Part shown: one piece after another, positions 8,741-18,027 of the stretch | Layout of the letters: each line of letters opens with the position of its first letter | Position numbering within the stretch: the stretch's first letter is position 1 | Virus record (IMG/VR): IMGVR_UViG_3300037400_004242 | Direction: 5' to 3' (one strand) | DNA: 64,000 bases | From: a virus | Lineage: Duplodnaviria > Caudoviricetes | Translations under genes and position numbers: made by a program | The notes under the pieces: generated by a model | Told to the model about the DNA's origin: nothing | Databases searched by the model: none | What the model saw: the letters and a program-made list of their open reading frames with translations, nothing else

Positions 8741-9145
8741 TTGATTTCGTCGTGGATTTTGTATGGTGGTTTATTTCTATTATTTGGGAGCATGTTTGTT
8801 TATGCAGTATTTCCAATTCCAATGATACTGTTAGATTTCTTTACTTATGTATTCATTACGGGTCTAATTTGTATAGGAATTGGAATTGTATGGAAAGCGA
8901 TTCGGTTGTGTTGTAAAAAAGACTTAAAAATTACTGAGATTAGTAAACCAATTGTTCGTTTACCAAAACTTTCATTCTTATATGATAACAGAAAAATTAA
9001 AGATGAAATTGTTCGTCAAGAATTAATGCTAAAGAACTTAGAATTTTTAGCTAGGTCAAATCAAATTGAAGAAAAAGAATATGCACAAGCAAGAGATAGA
9101 GTTTCTTATGCAATTCAGATTCTAAGAGAATTAAAAAAGAGGTAA
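8741..9145 (+). CDS. membrane protein with two predicted TM helices
   Basis: TTG start after gaggtg; two hydrophobic segments. Confidence 0.75.
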   Translation: MISSWILYGGLFLLFGSMFVYAVFPIPMILLDFFTYVFITGLICIGIGIVWKAIRLCCKKDLKITEISKPIVRLPKLSFLYDNRKIKDEIVRQELMLKNLEFLARSNQIEEKEYAQARDRVSYAIQILRELKKR

Positions 9146-9149
9146 CATC

Positions 9150-10748
9150 ATGCGAGAGGTCAATATTTATAAGACGGAAGGTAAATTAATTAAGCTGATT
9201 GAGGATGATAAACTGGAAACGATTAAACGTCAGACGGCACAGGATTTTAAGCGTGTAAACGTCACGTTTAATTATTTCGCAGTTCACGCAAAGAGTAGAG
9301 GAAGTGTACTGTGTTCTGTTCATGGACAGAATCAGAATCCTGTATTCTTTTTTTTGTACTATGATAAAAATGAAAAACTGAGAGCTTTCTTCCCAAAGTG
9401 CAATCTCCTTCAGAAGAATCATGAAGGAGAAGGAATGACTTTTAACAAAATTTACGATAAGGATTATTATAAGATTTATCGTAGAAACGCGATGAAAGCG
9501 GATGACGATGTTTTTAATGAATTTTATAACAATAAAAACACACTTAAAAATATGTGTCTTCAGTTTGAAAGAGCAACAACGTTCTGTGTTTCTAAAAAAG
9601 AATTTGAAGCAGATTCAAATGTAAATATGGAAACGGCAAGGCACTATATTGCAACGATTAAAAACGATATTTTGAATTATGTGTATAAAGATTTTAGCTT
9701 TTTGATTGATTACGATGAAATTACAGATGTTAAAATCCTTCGTTTTGAAAACGGTGGATACTTCTCTGTACCTCATGCAATTGCAGAAGTTTCTGTAAAA
9801 GAAAAGCAAAATTTCATTATCTATCTTTATATTGATAAGAAAAAAGCTGTCAGAGCTTTTGTTCCTATGCTTGGAAATCATATTCATCCACATATTCCTG
9901 AAGTTTGCTCTGAAAAAGAATATACGTTGGAATATAATTACTATAAAATGAATAAAGCATTTCGGAAGCAAATTGTTCCACATGAAACATTGAAAAAGAT
10001 GAAACCATATAATGCACTTTTACATTGTGGTATTCCTTATGAAAAAGTAGAGGATAAAGAGATTGAAGCAAAAGAAAGTTCCATTGGCGAAATGAAACGT
10101 TCTTTCGATAAAGAAAAAATTGAAGAAATTCTGAAAAATAAATTTGGCAAAGATGTTTCTGTGGATGAAATCAATCGTGATAAAGAGAGTGCAGGATATG
10201 ATAAAATTGATATTCAGTATTCTAAGGTATATTTTGTTCGCATGAAATGTAGCATTAAAAAATATCATAGTTTTTATGCACTTATGTATATGGATAAAAA
10301 CGATGATATTAAAATTGCAATCCCAAAACAGGGGAATTATTTTTATCATGATGAACTGATTAATGAAAAATATAAGACACCATATTTACATGGATATGAA
10401 GAATTGAAGTGTGATATTTTTAAGAAAATCGAGGAACAGGCAAACGAATTTGAAATCTATGAAGTAAGACACGCTAGACCTTATGGCAAAAAGAATTTGG
10501 AGAAATACTTGAACGATGATATTCTTTCCAATGTACCAAAAGATGACCTTCGCGAAGAAGTTTCTGATTTGAAAGTGAATACAGAAGTTCATGAAACGAG
10601 CGATAATCTTGATTATGCGATTATGGATTATGGCGATGGCAAAAAAATTTGTTTTTATTTAGATGAAATGAATAAATTGCGTGCATATATTCCATATAAT
10701 AAAGATTATACGAGAGATATTGAAGAAAGTATCATTGTAAGGGGATAA
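9150..10748 (+). CDS. hypothetical protein with four YxD....RA(F/Y)xP repeats
   Basis: LYYDKNEKLRAFFP, LYIDKKKAVRAFVP, MYMDKNDDIKIAIP, FYLDEMNKLRAYIP. Confidence 0.8.
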   Translation: MREVNIYKTEGKLIKLIEDDKLETIKRQTAQDFKRVNVTFNYFAVHAKSRGSVLCSVHGQNQNPVFFFLYYDKNEKLRAFFPKCNLLQKNHEGEGMTFNKIYDKDYYKIYRRNAMKADDDVFNEFYNNKNTLKNMCLQFERATTFCVSKKEFEADSNVNMETARHYIATIKNDILNYVYKDFSFLIDYDEITDVKILRFENGGYFSVPHAIAEVSVKEKQNFIIYLYIDKKKAVRAFVPMLGNHIHPHIPEVCSEKEYTLEYNYYKMNKAFRKQIVPHETLKKMKPYNALLHCGIPYEKVEDKEIEAKESSIGEMKRSFDKEKIEEILKNKFGKDVSVDEINRDKESAGYDKIDIQYSKVYFVRMKCSIKKYHSFYALMYMDKNDDIKIAIPKQGNYFYHDELINEKYKTPYLHGYEELKCDIFKKIEEQANEFEIYEVRHARPYGKKNLEKYLNDDILSNVPKDDLREEVSDLKVNTEVHETSDNLDYAIMDYGDGKKICFYLDEMNKLRAYIPYNKDYTRDIEESIIVRG

Positions 10749-10754
10749 ATTTAT

Positions 10755-11123
10755 ATGATTATTAAGCTGATGATTAAAGACACACCATATTTAAGTGCGA
10801 TTGAAGAATCCGCTTCAAAACTTATGCATCATTTAAAAGAAACGAATACTTTTCATCAGTATATGATGACACATAGTGATTTAGGCGGTGTAAAACGTAA
10901 TATTATTATGGGTGCGATGGGGATTGAAATAACGAAACGTTCAACAGAAGAGCCATATATTAGATTTTTCTTAGAATCTGATTATATTCAACTTTTGCAA
11001 GAAATAACAGAAAGTATTTATATTGAAAAAATGTATGATGATGAATTAAAAGAAGAACCTATAGGTGAATATAAAAAAGCCATTTATTTAGATATGGCTA
11101 ATGGAACGATTGTGTGTTTTTAA
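10755..11123 (+). CDS. hypothetical protein
   Basis: ORF within an operon, RBS aagggg. Confidence 0.75.
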   Translation: MIIKLMIKDTPYLSAIEESASKLMHHLKETNTFHQYMMTHSDLGGVKRNIIMGAMGIEITKRSTEEPYIRFFLESDYIQLLQEITESIYIEKMYDDELKEEPIGEYKKAIYLDMANGTIVCF

Positions 11124-11139
11124 AAGTTGGTGAAGTAAT

Positions 11140-11562
11140 ATGTCAGATGAAATTTCGTTTCGTGAATCTTGTAATTGTTTTAATTTACAAGGACATAAAA
11201 TTAAGCAACAATTCTTTTTTACATCAAACGCATGGCGGTATCAGTACACTATAAATTTTATAAAAACAAAAACTGGTGAAGCTAAAATTAATTATACCAT
11301 TGAAGATTTTCATAAGTATGGCAGATTAAATTTTGGTAATAGTAGTCATAGAATTTATAAACCCGAAATTACTAAAATTAAAGGCATGAAACCTCCATAT
11401 ACAGATGTAAATGTAAAAGATTTATTTGCTAAATATAAGAAAGATGTTTTGAATCACAAAGAACGATTTGAAGAAAAAGATTGCCAAACAGGACTATCAA
11501 AATGTTTCGATTATCTTTCTAAAAATGTAAATTTAATTGACTTAAAATCATATAATGAATAA
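11140..11562 (+). CDS. hypothetical protein
   Basis: ORF followed by a terminator hairpin at 11566-11594. Confidence 0.75.
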   Translation: MSDEISFRESCNCFNLQGHKIKQQFFFTSNAWRYQYTINFIKTKTGEAKINYTIEDFHKYGRLNFGNSSHRIYKPEITKIKGMKPPYTDVNVKDLFAKYKKDVLNHKERFEEKDCQTGLSKCFDYLSKNVNLIDLKSYNE

Positions 11563-11615
11563 AATAAAAACGGTAACAAAATGTTGCCGTTTTTCGTTCA
11601 AAAGGGGGTATTTTT

Positions 11616-13496
11616 ATGAATCAACACGATTTATTATTGAAAAAAATTCAAGATGCAGATAAAGCATATTACGATGATGATAATCCTATTATGTCAGATA
11701 GAGATTATGATAAGATTCGTAGTCTTTTTATCCAACAATATGGAGATAAAGATTTAGATTATGTCCCTGGTAATATTAAAAAAGAATTAAAACCGTTTCA
11801 TCATACATCAAATATTAATTCTTTGTTTAAAGTAAAACAAACAGAACAAGAAGAATTAATGAAACAAATTAAAAAACTTTCTCCTGTTGTTTTAGAATTA
11901 AAATTAGACGGACTAACGATTGTTGCATATCCTGACGGAAAATATGTAACAAGGGGAAATGGAACGGATGGTGAAATTTTATTACATTTTCCAGAAAGAT
12001 ACCATCATAACACATCAGAGTATCCTATTCGTGGAGAAGCGTTTCTGAAAAAAAGCGATTTTGAAGAGATTAATAAGCAACGTGAAGAAGAAGGCTTACC
12101 TCTTTTTGCAAACGCTAGAAACGCATCAGCCGGGATTCTACGGCGTTTAGACAAGAGTTCCTACTTAGACAAGATACAATTCGTTTGCTATGATGTTATC
12201 GGATATGATGTATCAGAAGATGAAAAATTAAAATACATTAAAGAACATACAGATTTTGATGTTATTAATAGTACATCTGCTATGGGAAATCCAATTCAAA
12301 TTGTTTCTATGATAGAGCAGATGTATCAGACAAATTCTGATGGTGAAATTCCAATTGATGGAATCGTAGTAAAGTCAAATATAAATAAAAGTTTGGAAAC
12401 TTTTGGTTCTACAGTTCATCATCCATTAAATGCATTTGCTTATAAAGCAGAAGATGAAATTAAAATTACAACGATTCGAGATATTATTTGGAATGTAGGA
12501 AGAGAAAAAGTTACGCCAATTGCAGTATTTGACCCTGTATTATTAGAAGGTACAACTGTTTCTAATGCAAGTCTATCCAATGCAGGTATTGCAAAATCTT
12601 TTGATTTTCATATTGGTGATATTATTTCTGTTCAAAAAGCAAATAAAATTATTCCGCAAGTTGTAGAAAAAGTAGAAGATAAACATGGTATGCCAATTTC
12701 TGAACCATTATATTGTCCTTCTTGCCGCAGTAAATTAGAAGTAAGAAAACAAACGTTGGACGATGGATATGATTTAATTTGTATAAATCCAAATTGTATT
12801 GGAAAACTTGCAAATACTATTGAGTATATGTTCTCTAAACAGAATTTAAATGTAAAAGGATTAAGTGCTCAAACAATTAAAAAACTTATTGATAAAAAGT
12901 ATGTGAGCGAACCTACTGATATATTCAAAATTACAAAAGAACAATTAAAAACTTTAGATGGATTTGGGGATAAAAGTGCATCAAATCTTTATAATGGAAT
13001 CCATAATATTTCTTCTGCTCCATTAAATGTATTTATTGCTTCTGTTGGAGCTTTAGGTATTGGTTCTAATGTAGGGAATATTTTAGCGAATAATTTTCAT
13101 ACCTATGAAAATGTACTGAAAGTATTAGAAGCGAAAGATAAAGATGCGCTGCAAGAATTAAAGGGGATAGGAACATCCGTTACTGATATTCTATTATCAG
13201 AAGATTTTATTCAAAAGATGAAGGATTTAAGAGAGTTTGTAATTCCAACACCTGTATTACAAAAAGATATAAAATTAAAAGTTGTAATTACAGGTCAGCT
13301 TTCTAAGTCTCGTACTGAATATACAAAATTTTTAAAAGAACATGATATTCAAGTATCTAGTTCTGTCACAAAAAATACAAATTATGTAATTACAGATAAT
13401 CCAAATGGAACATCTACAAAATTAAAGAAAGCAAAAGAATTAAACATTCCAATTATAAGTGAACAACAAATGGACGAATTAATTAGAAAGGAATAA
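11616..13496 (+). CDS. ligA: NAD-dependent DNA ligase
   Basis: YY...P.MSD..YD Ia domain, KLDG adenylation motif, TRGNG, RGE, NARN, DGIVVK, C4 zinc finger, HhH repeats, C-terminal BRCT. Confidence 0.97.
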   Translation: MNQHDLLLKKIQDADKAYYDDDNPIMSDRDYDKIRSLFIQQYGDKDLDYVPGNIKKELKPFHHTSNINSLFKVKQTEQEELMKQIKKLSPVVLELKLDGLTIVAYPDGKYVTRGNGTDGEILLHFPERYHHNTSEYPIRGEAFLKKSDFEEINKQREEEGLPLFANARNASAGILRRLDKSSYLDKIQFVCYDVIGYDVSEDEKLKYIKEHTDFDVINSTSAMGNPIQIVSMIEQMYQTNSDGEIPIDGIVVKSNINKSLETFGSTVHHPLNAFAYKAEDEIKITTIRDIIWNVGREKVTPIAVFDPVLLEGTTVSNASLSNAGIAKSFDFHIGDIISVQKANKIIPQVVEKVEDKHGMPISEPLYCPSCRSKLEVRKQTLDDGYDLICINPNCIGKLANTIEYMFSKQNLNVKGLSAQTIKKLIDKKYVSEPTDIFKITKEQLKTLDGFGDKSASNLYNGIHNISSAPLNVFIASVGALGIGSNVGNILANNFHTYENVLKVLEAKDKDALQELKGIGTSVTDILLSEDFIQKMKDLREFVIPTPVLQKDIKLKVVITGQLSKSRTEYTKFLKEHDIQVSSSVTKNTNYVITDNPNGTSTKLKKAKELNIPIISEQQMDELIRKE

Positions 13497-13499
13497 TTT

Positions 13500-13823
13500 A
13501 TGAGTGATGAAAATTTATGTGATTTAAACGTAAAGTATGTAGAATTACAATCTAAATATTATGATTTAGAAACGCAATACTTATTGTTAAAACATGAAAA
13601 AGAAACTTTACAAACACAATTACAAGAAAAAATTGATTATATTGATAGTATTTGTGAAGCATTAAATAAGAAAAGTTTCCCAAAGACTTTTACACGTCCG
13701 ACGGTATCTAGTGATTTTCAAGTAGAAGAATCAAAACCTTTAGGGGATTTAAAAGTTCCATCAAGGAATTTAAAAGAAATTGTTCACGGTGAGCGTATTA
13801 ATGTAACACCAAAAAGTATTTAA
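13500..13823 (+). CDS. hypothetical coiled-coil protein
   Basis: Heptad-like N-terminal half. Confidence 0.7.
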   Translation: MSDENLCDLNVKYVELQSKYYDLETQYLLLKHEKETLQTQLQEKIDYIDSICEALNKKSFPKTFTRPTVSSDFQVEESKPLGDLKVPSRNLKEIVHGERINVTPKSI

Positions 13824-13832
13824 TAAAAGAGG

Positions 13833-13897
13833 GGGATGTATTTTATACATCCCTTTTTTAAATATATATTGACAAAAAATGCGTTTTTCGATACAAT
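13833..13897 (+). promoter_or_regulatory. terminator followed by sigma-70 promoter
   Basis: GGGATGTA/TACATCCC hairpin with T tract, then TTGACA(13869)-N17-TACAAT. Confidence 0.75.
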
Positions 13898-13914
13898 ATA
13901 CTAGGGGGAGGAAT

Positions 13915-14397
13915 ATGTATTCAATTAAAAAATTTAAACCTCTTGTGGAAACAAAAATCTGTACACAAAAATACCCACCTTTAGATGATATTATGGTCTA
14001 TATTCGTAATGTAGATGAATATCAAGTAAAAACAACAGAAACACATTATGATAAAAAACATTTTTGCGATACATATAGAGTAAAAGTTTCAACTTTATTT
14101 TTTACAAATTACTTTGATGAATTTTATATAAATATTCGTTTTGATTTAGTTACGAAAGAAAAGAACAATATAAGTTATAATTCTGGTAGTATTTATCCTA
14201 TTCAATTATTTTTTGATAAGACATTAATAGATAAATTATTAGAATTATTTGATAAAAATTTATATTGTTCTTGTGATGATTATAATACACATAAAGTAAT
14301 TATAAGAATAATTAAAGAAACTTTTCCTGCATATTTTTATAAATATATGAATCGTGAACAAATGTTGCATAATTACATTACTATGCAAGGAGTTTAA
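13915..14397 (+). CDS. G-phi tag family protein
   Basis: Start moved to ATG 13915 (RBS ggggagg). Ends NREQMLHNYITMQGV*. Confidence 0.85.
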   Translation: MYSIKKFKPLVETKICTQKYPPLDDIMVYIRNVDEYQVKTTETHYDKKHFCDTYRVKVSTLFFTNYFDEFYINIRFDLVTKEKNNISYNSGSIYPIQLFFDKTLIDKLLELFDKNLYCSCDDYNTHKVIIRIIKETFPAYFYKYMNREQMLHNYITMQGV

Positions 14398-14398
14398 T

Positions 14399-14887
14399 AT
14401 GATAGGAGAAATTGATGATATATATGATGGTAAAAATAAATGTAAATTAATCATATATAAAAAACAAGATAATTTGTATCAAGATTTTCTATTTAATTGT
14501 GATGTAGATACAAAGAAATATATAATAGATTTTTTCTATTTACATTATTTTGCAAAAGAATATGATAAAAAATGGAAAATACGTTTTGATATAAAATTGG
14601 AATTATCAAAATTTGAAAGGCTAATTTATCAACAACAATTTACTCTATATTCAGATGATTTAATGAAACAATCTTTTATTGATGATGTTCCTAATATAAT
14701 AGATTCTTATATAGATAGAAATTTTCGTAGTAATTACAATTCAAGCGATGGTCTATACGATTTGCCACATAAGATTACATCGCAGGAAATAAAAATATTT
14801 AAAAAATTATCTGATTATTTTAACGAGAAATTCCCTATTGTAATGAATAATATTATAAAAAATAGTATATATGGATTTGGAGTATAA
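14399..14887 (+). CDS. G-phi tag family protein
   Basis: Likely start ATG 14399. Ends KNSIYGFGV*. Confidence 0.85.
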   Translation: MIGEIDDIYDGKNKCKLIIYKKQDNLYQDFLFNCDVDTKKYIIDFFYLHYFAKEYDKKWKIRFDIKLELSKFERLIYQQQFTLYSDDLMKQSFIDDVPNIIDSYIDRNFRSNYNSSDGLYDLPHKITSQEIKIFKKLSDYFNEKFPIVMNNIIKNSIYGFGV

Positions 14888-15311
14888 TAATAATATGTGT
14901 CCACATCACAAATCTTTTAAAATATATAATAATGGTAAAAAAGGATTTGAATATCAAGGAAATTTGTTTTATGGTTTGCGAATGGAATCCTTTGTAAAAC
15001 GAGAAAAAGAATACAACTTTAATGTTGTGTTTGATTTTGAAGATGGATATTACATGATGTATATGTTTTTTGAAATCTGTAAATTAAACAAAGTTTTATT
15101 CAGTAAGTATACATGGAAAGAATTCATTGGCTTAAATGAAGAAAATATACAAGATGTAATTAATGTCATTAGTTGCTATGAAACAAATTTATATTTGGAT
15201 GAACCTAGTTATTTAAAGGCTTTTCATAAAACAATAAAACCATTTTATCATAAAAAATATAGAGTTGTTAAAATGCTAAAACAATACATTATAAAAAATG
15301 TAGGAGTTTAA
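14871..15311 (+). CDS. G-phi tag family protein
   Basis: Ends KQYIIKNVGV*. Confidence 0.85.
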   Translation: MDLEYNNNMCPHHKSFKIYNNGKKGFEYQGNLFYGLRMESFVKREKEYNFNVVFDFEDGYYMMYMFFEICKLNKVLFSKYTWKEFIGLNEENIQDVINVISCYETNLYLDEPSYLKAFHKTIKPFYHKKYRVVKMLKQYIIKNVGV

Positions 15312-15312
15312 A

Positions 15313-15783
15313 ATGGAGTTTATCATTCACCATGTTTCAAACATAATTACTACAGATAATTATGCACCAAGTAAAAATTTTGAGCCGATTGAAAAATGGT
15401 ATGAAGCACATAATTATTTTGAAGTTACATATATGAATTGTTTTCATCATGTTTATCGTTTACTTTTATGTTTTGATATAGCAAATGAATCCTCATATGA
15501 TTGTATTGTATATATAGCGATGTACAAAAAAGACAAAAAAATATCAGATTTATCTTCTTTTAAATATAGTTCTTTAAATAAAAAGTTTAAAGATGCATTT
15601 GCAAATCATTTACGTAATCAACCTAATTTTATTCGGTCGATGATAAATAACTATAATATACATTTATTAAGTGATGAACAAATCTTTATATATAAAAGAA
15701 TGTACGAATTCTTTATTAAGAAACATTTAAATACATTTTATAATATTATCAAAAGAGATTTTATTCTTGCAAAAGGAGTATAA
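15313..15783 (+). CDS. G-phi tag family protein
   Basis: Ends KRDFILAKGV*. Confidence 0.85.
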   Translation: MEFIIHHVSNIITTDNYAPSKNFEPIEKWYEAHNYFEVTYMNCFHHVYRLLLCFDIANESSYDCIVYIAMYKKDKKISDLSSFKYSSLNKKFKDAFANHLRNQPNFIRSMINNYNIHLLSDEQIFIYKRMYEFFIKKHLNTFYNIIKRDFILAKGV

Positions 15784-15785
15784 AA

Positions 15786-16244
15786 ATGGTTATTTCAAAA
15801 GAAGAACGTGGATATTCTTACCATTTGGTTATTCGTTATGTTTATAAGAATAAAACATATATGATAAAAACAAGTTTTGATAATCGTAGATTACCTAATT
15901 GTGTTTGTCCAAGTATTTATTTTGATTTTAGAATTTACTCATTAGCCACAAGACAAAGATATTATCGTGCAAGATTTCATCAAGTTTTTAGTATGTATGA
16001 TGAACATCATTTACAAAAGATGTTTAATTATACATTTGTATATGTTTTTTGGTGTTTAAAAAAACATGTGCATACGGTTATGAATAGTCCTGCTAAAGCA
16101 CAGTTGTATAGAAATTTCATTCCATTTAGCATAGATATGAATGATGTTAGGGCTTATCTTGATATGATAGAATGTGTTATTAAAAATAAAGAAAGCATTT
16201 GTCATTCAATTCATCATTACTATTTAAAAAATTACGGCATGTAA
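15786..16244 (+). CDS. G-phi tag family protein
   Basis: Ends HHYYLKNYGM*; followed by a terminator. Confidence 0.85.
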   Translation: MVISKEERGYSYHLVIRYVYKNKTYMIKTSFDNRRLPNCVCPSIYFDFRIYSLATRQRYYRARFHQVFSMYDEHHLQKMFNYTFVYVFWCLKKHVHTVMNSPAKAQLYRNFIPFSIDMNDVRAYLDMIECVIKNKESICHSIHHYYLKNYGM

Positions 16245-16250
16245 TAAATT

Positions 16251-16281
16251 AAAGCACTCTACAATTTAGTAGAGTGCTTTT
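16251..16281 (+). terminator. intrinsic terminator
   Basis: AAAGCACTCTAC-aattta-GTAGAGTGCTTT. Confidence 0.8.
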
Positions 16282-16282
16282 C

Positions 16283-16550
16283 TATACTTGATATACTCCC
16301 CATCAAAAGTAACAATGAACCATATCTCTTAAGGATAACAACTAGTTCATATACTCCCTGTCAAAAGTAAATATATATATATTTACTTCTCAAAAGTAAC
16401 AAACAGTTATATCTCTATAGATGATTGTATACGAATGTAAATTTACAATAAAGGTTATACTTGATATATCCCCTGTTAAGATGTATGGATAAGTTAAGAT
16501 GTACATATTACCATCGTAATATTCATATACTTAATATAATTCCCTGTTAA
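16283..16550. repeat. five degenerate direct repeats in an intergenic region
   Basis: TATACTTgATATAcTCCCcTGTyAA(AAGTAA)-like units near 16283, 16349, 16384, 16456 and 16526. Confidence 0.65.
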
Positions 16551-16658
16551 ATTCTATTCAATATAACTTTTTGATATATTCTATTGAATACTAAATTCAA
16601 TTTTATTTTAATCTATATAAAGACATTATTTTTCTTTACACTCTAAAATGTATTGATA

Positions 16659-16688
16659 TTGACAAGTTTCATTTTCAAGTGATATAAT
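16659..16688 (+). promoter_or_regulatory. sigma-70 promoter
   Basis: TTGACA-N18-TATAAT with extended TG. Confidence 0.75.
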
Positions 16689-16716
16689 ATACATAGATAA
16701 GGAGAGTGGAGGAAAG

Positions 16717-17265
16717 ATGAAAACGGAAGAATTCTATAAACACATTAAATGTCTTCATCAAGAAGTAAAGCGACATGTAAAAGGAAACAATATCATAGAA
16801 AGAATAACATCTTTAGAAAGGAACAAATATAAATATAATAATATTTATTATGACAATCAAACGATAGAAGAAGATTTTCTATATGAAGGAAAATGTAATA
16901 TTAAATTAAAAGTACAGATGTTAGAGTGTTATATAAAAGAGTTTGAAATTAAACATAGTGGAAATCAGCAATATATATCTGCGGATTATAAGATATATTT
17001 TAATGAATTACGGCAAAGAATATATGTTCGTCTTTATATAGGCAAGTATACAACAACACATACATATTTATTAGGCACAGAGATTTGTGATACGAAAGGA
17101 ATCAAAGAAGAGATAAAAAATTTAGTATATGAAGAACTCATGAAATATATAGAGGGGAATAATTTGCCTGTAGAAGAGATAGAAGAAGTACAGCGTTTTC
17201 AGAATATTAAAGAGAAAGAATTACGAGAGCACTATCGGAAAGCGGTGTTGAAATATGGTGTATAA
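16717..17265 (+). CDS. G-phi tag family protein
   Basis: Ends YRKAVLKYGV*; RBS ggagg. Confidence 0.85.
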   Translation: MKTEEFYKHIKCLHQEVKRHVKGNNIIERITSLERNKYKYNNIYYDNQTIEEDFLYEGKCNIKLKVQMLECYIKEFEIKHSGNQQYISADYKIYFNELRQRIYVRLYIGKYTTTHTYLLGTEICDTKGIKEEIKNLVYEELMKYIEGNNLPVEEIEEVQRFQNIKEKELREHYRKAVLKYGV

Positions 17266-17656
17266 TATACAGTATAATAATACTAGAAATAATATTACGA
17301 GTTATAATGATGACAAATTTTCACAAATAGAAAGAATTACGATGTATATAGATGATGCGTTCATTATCTTAGGAGAGTTAATGACAAAGGTAAAGTATGC
17401 CATTTATTATGATTATGATGAAATGCATACTTGTGTCATTGTGGCGATAGATGGAATGATACCATCAGCATATCGTTTAGACACCTATGAAATTGGAAAT
17501 AGTAGAGAAGTTTTAGAAGAGAACATTAATAGTGCAATTTATACAAAATTTAAGTCAAATAAAAGAAATTTAATGAATTTAATGAATTACAAAATAAAAT
17601 TTCATATTAAAGATAACTTAGATTTTAAAAGTTTAATTATTATGAATGGTGTTTAA
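17255..17656 (+). CDS. G-phi tag family protein
   Basis: Ends FKSLIIMNGV*. Confidence 0.85.
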   Translation: MVYNIQYNNTRNNITSYNDDKFSQIERITMYIDDAFIILGELMTKVKYAIYYDYDEMHTCVIVAIDGMIPSAYRLDTYEIGNSREVLEENINSAIYTKFKSNKRNLMNLMNYKIKFHIKDNLDFKSLIIMNGV

Positions 17657-18027
17657 TGTGGTGCGTGAGAATGAAAGAAACATTAAGTTATAAATTATGG
17701 AATGAAGAGCACAAAAAAATGTATCGTGAGGAATTGATGTATTCTATTGGGTATAATGTAAATGAAAAAGGATTTTGTATTATTTTAGATGTAAGAACAC
17801 TATATGTATGGGATGAATTAATTTTAACACGCAAAATGACAGACTATAAAAATATTTATAAAAAAGCGAATGAATTTATCAAGAAAGTGGTACAAGATAG
17901 TGTAAAAAATAAGAGTTATAATTATGATAAAACATCATATCAGTTAAAAGAAATACAAGACATGACATATATGCCATATCATTATGCAAATATTTACAAA
18001 GGTTACATAAAAGATTATGGAGTATAA
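17656..18027 (+). CDS. G-phi tag family protein
   Basis: Ends YKGYIKDYGV*. Confidence 0.85.
   Translation: MWCVRMKETLSYKLWNEEHKKMYREELMYSIGYNVNEKGFCIILDVRTLYVWDELILTRKMTDYKNIYKKANEFIKKVVQDSVKNKSYNYDKTSYQLKEIQDMTYMPYHYANIYKGYIKDYGV

Noticed and set aside
16283-16550. Mini CRISPR array
   Set aside because: Repeats are degenerate and unevenly spaced, and no cas genes are present in the window.
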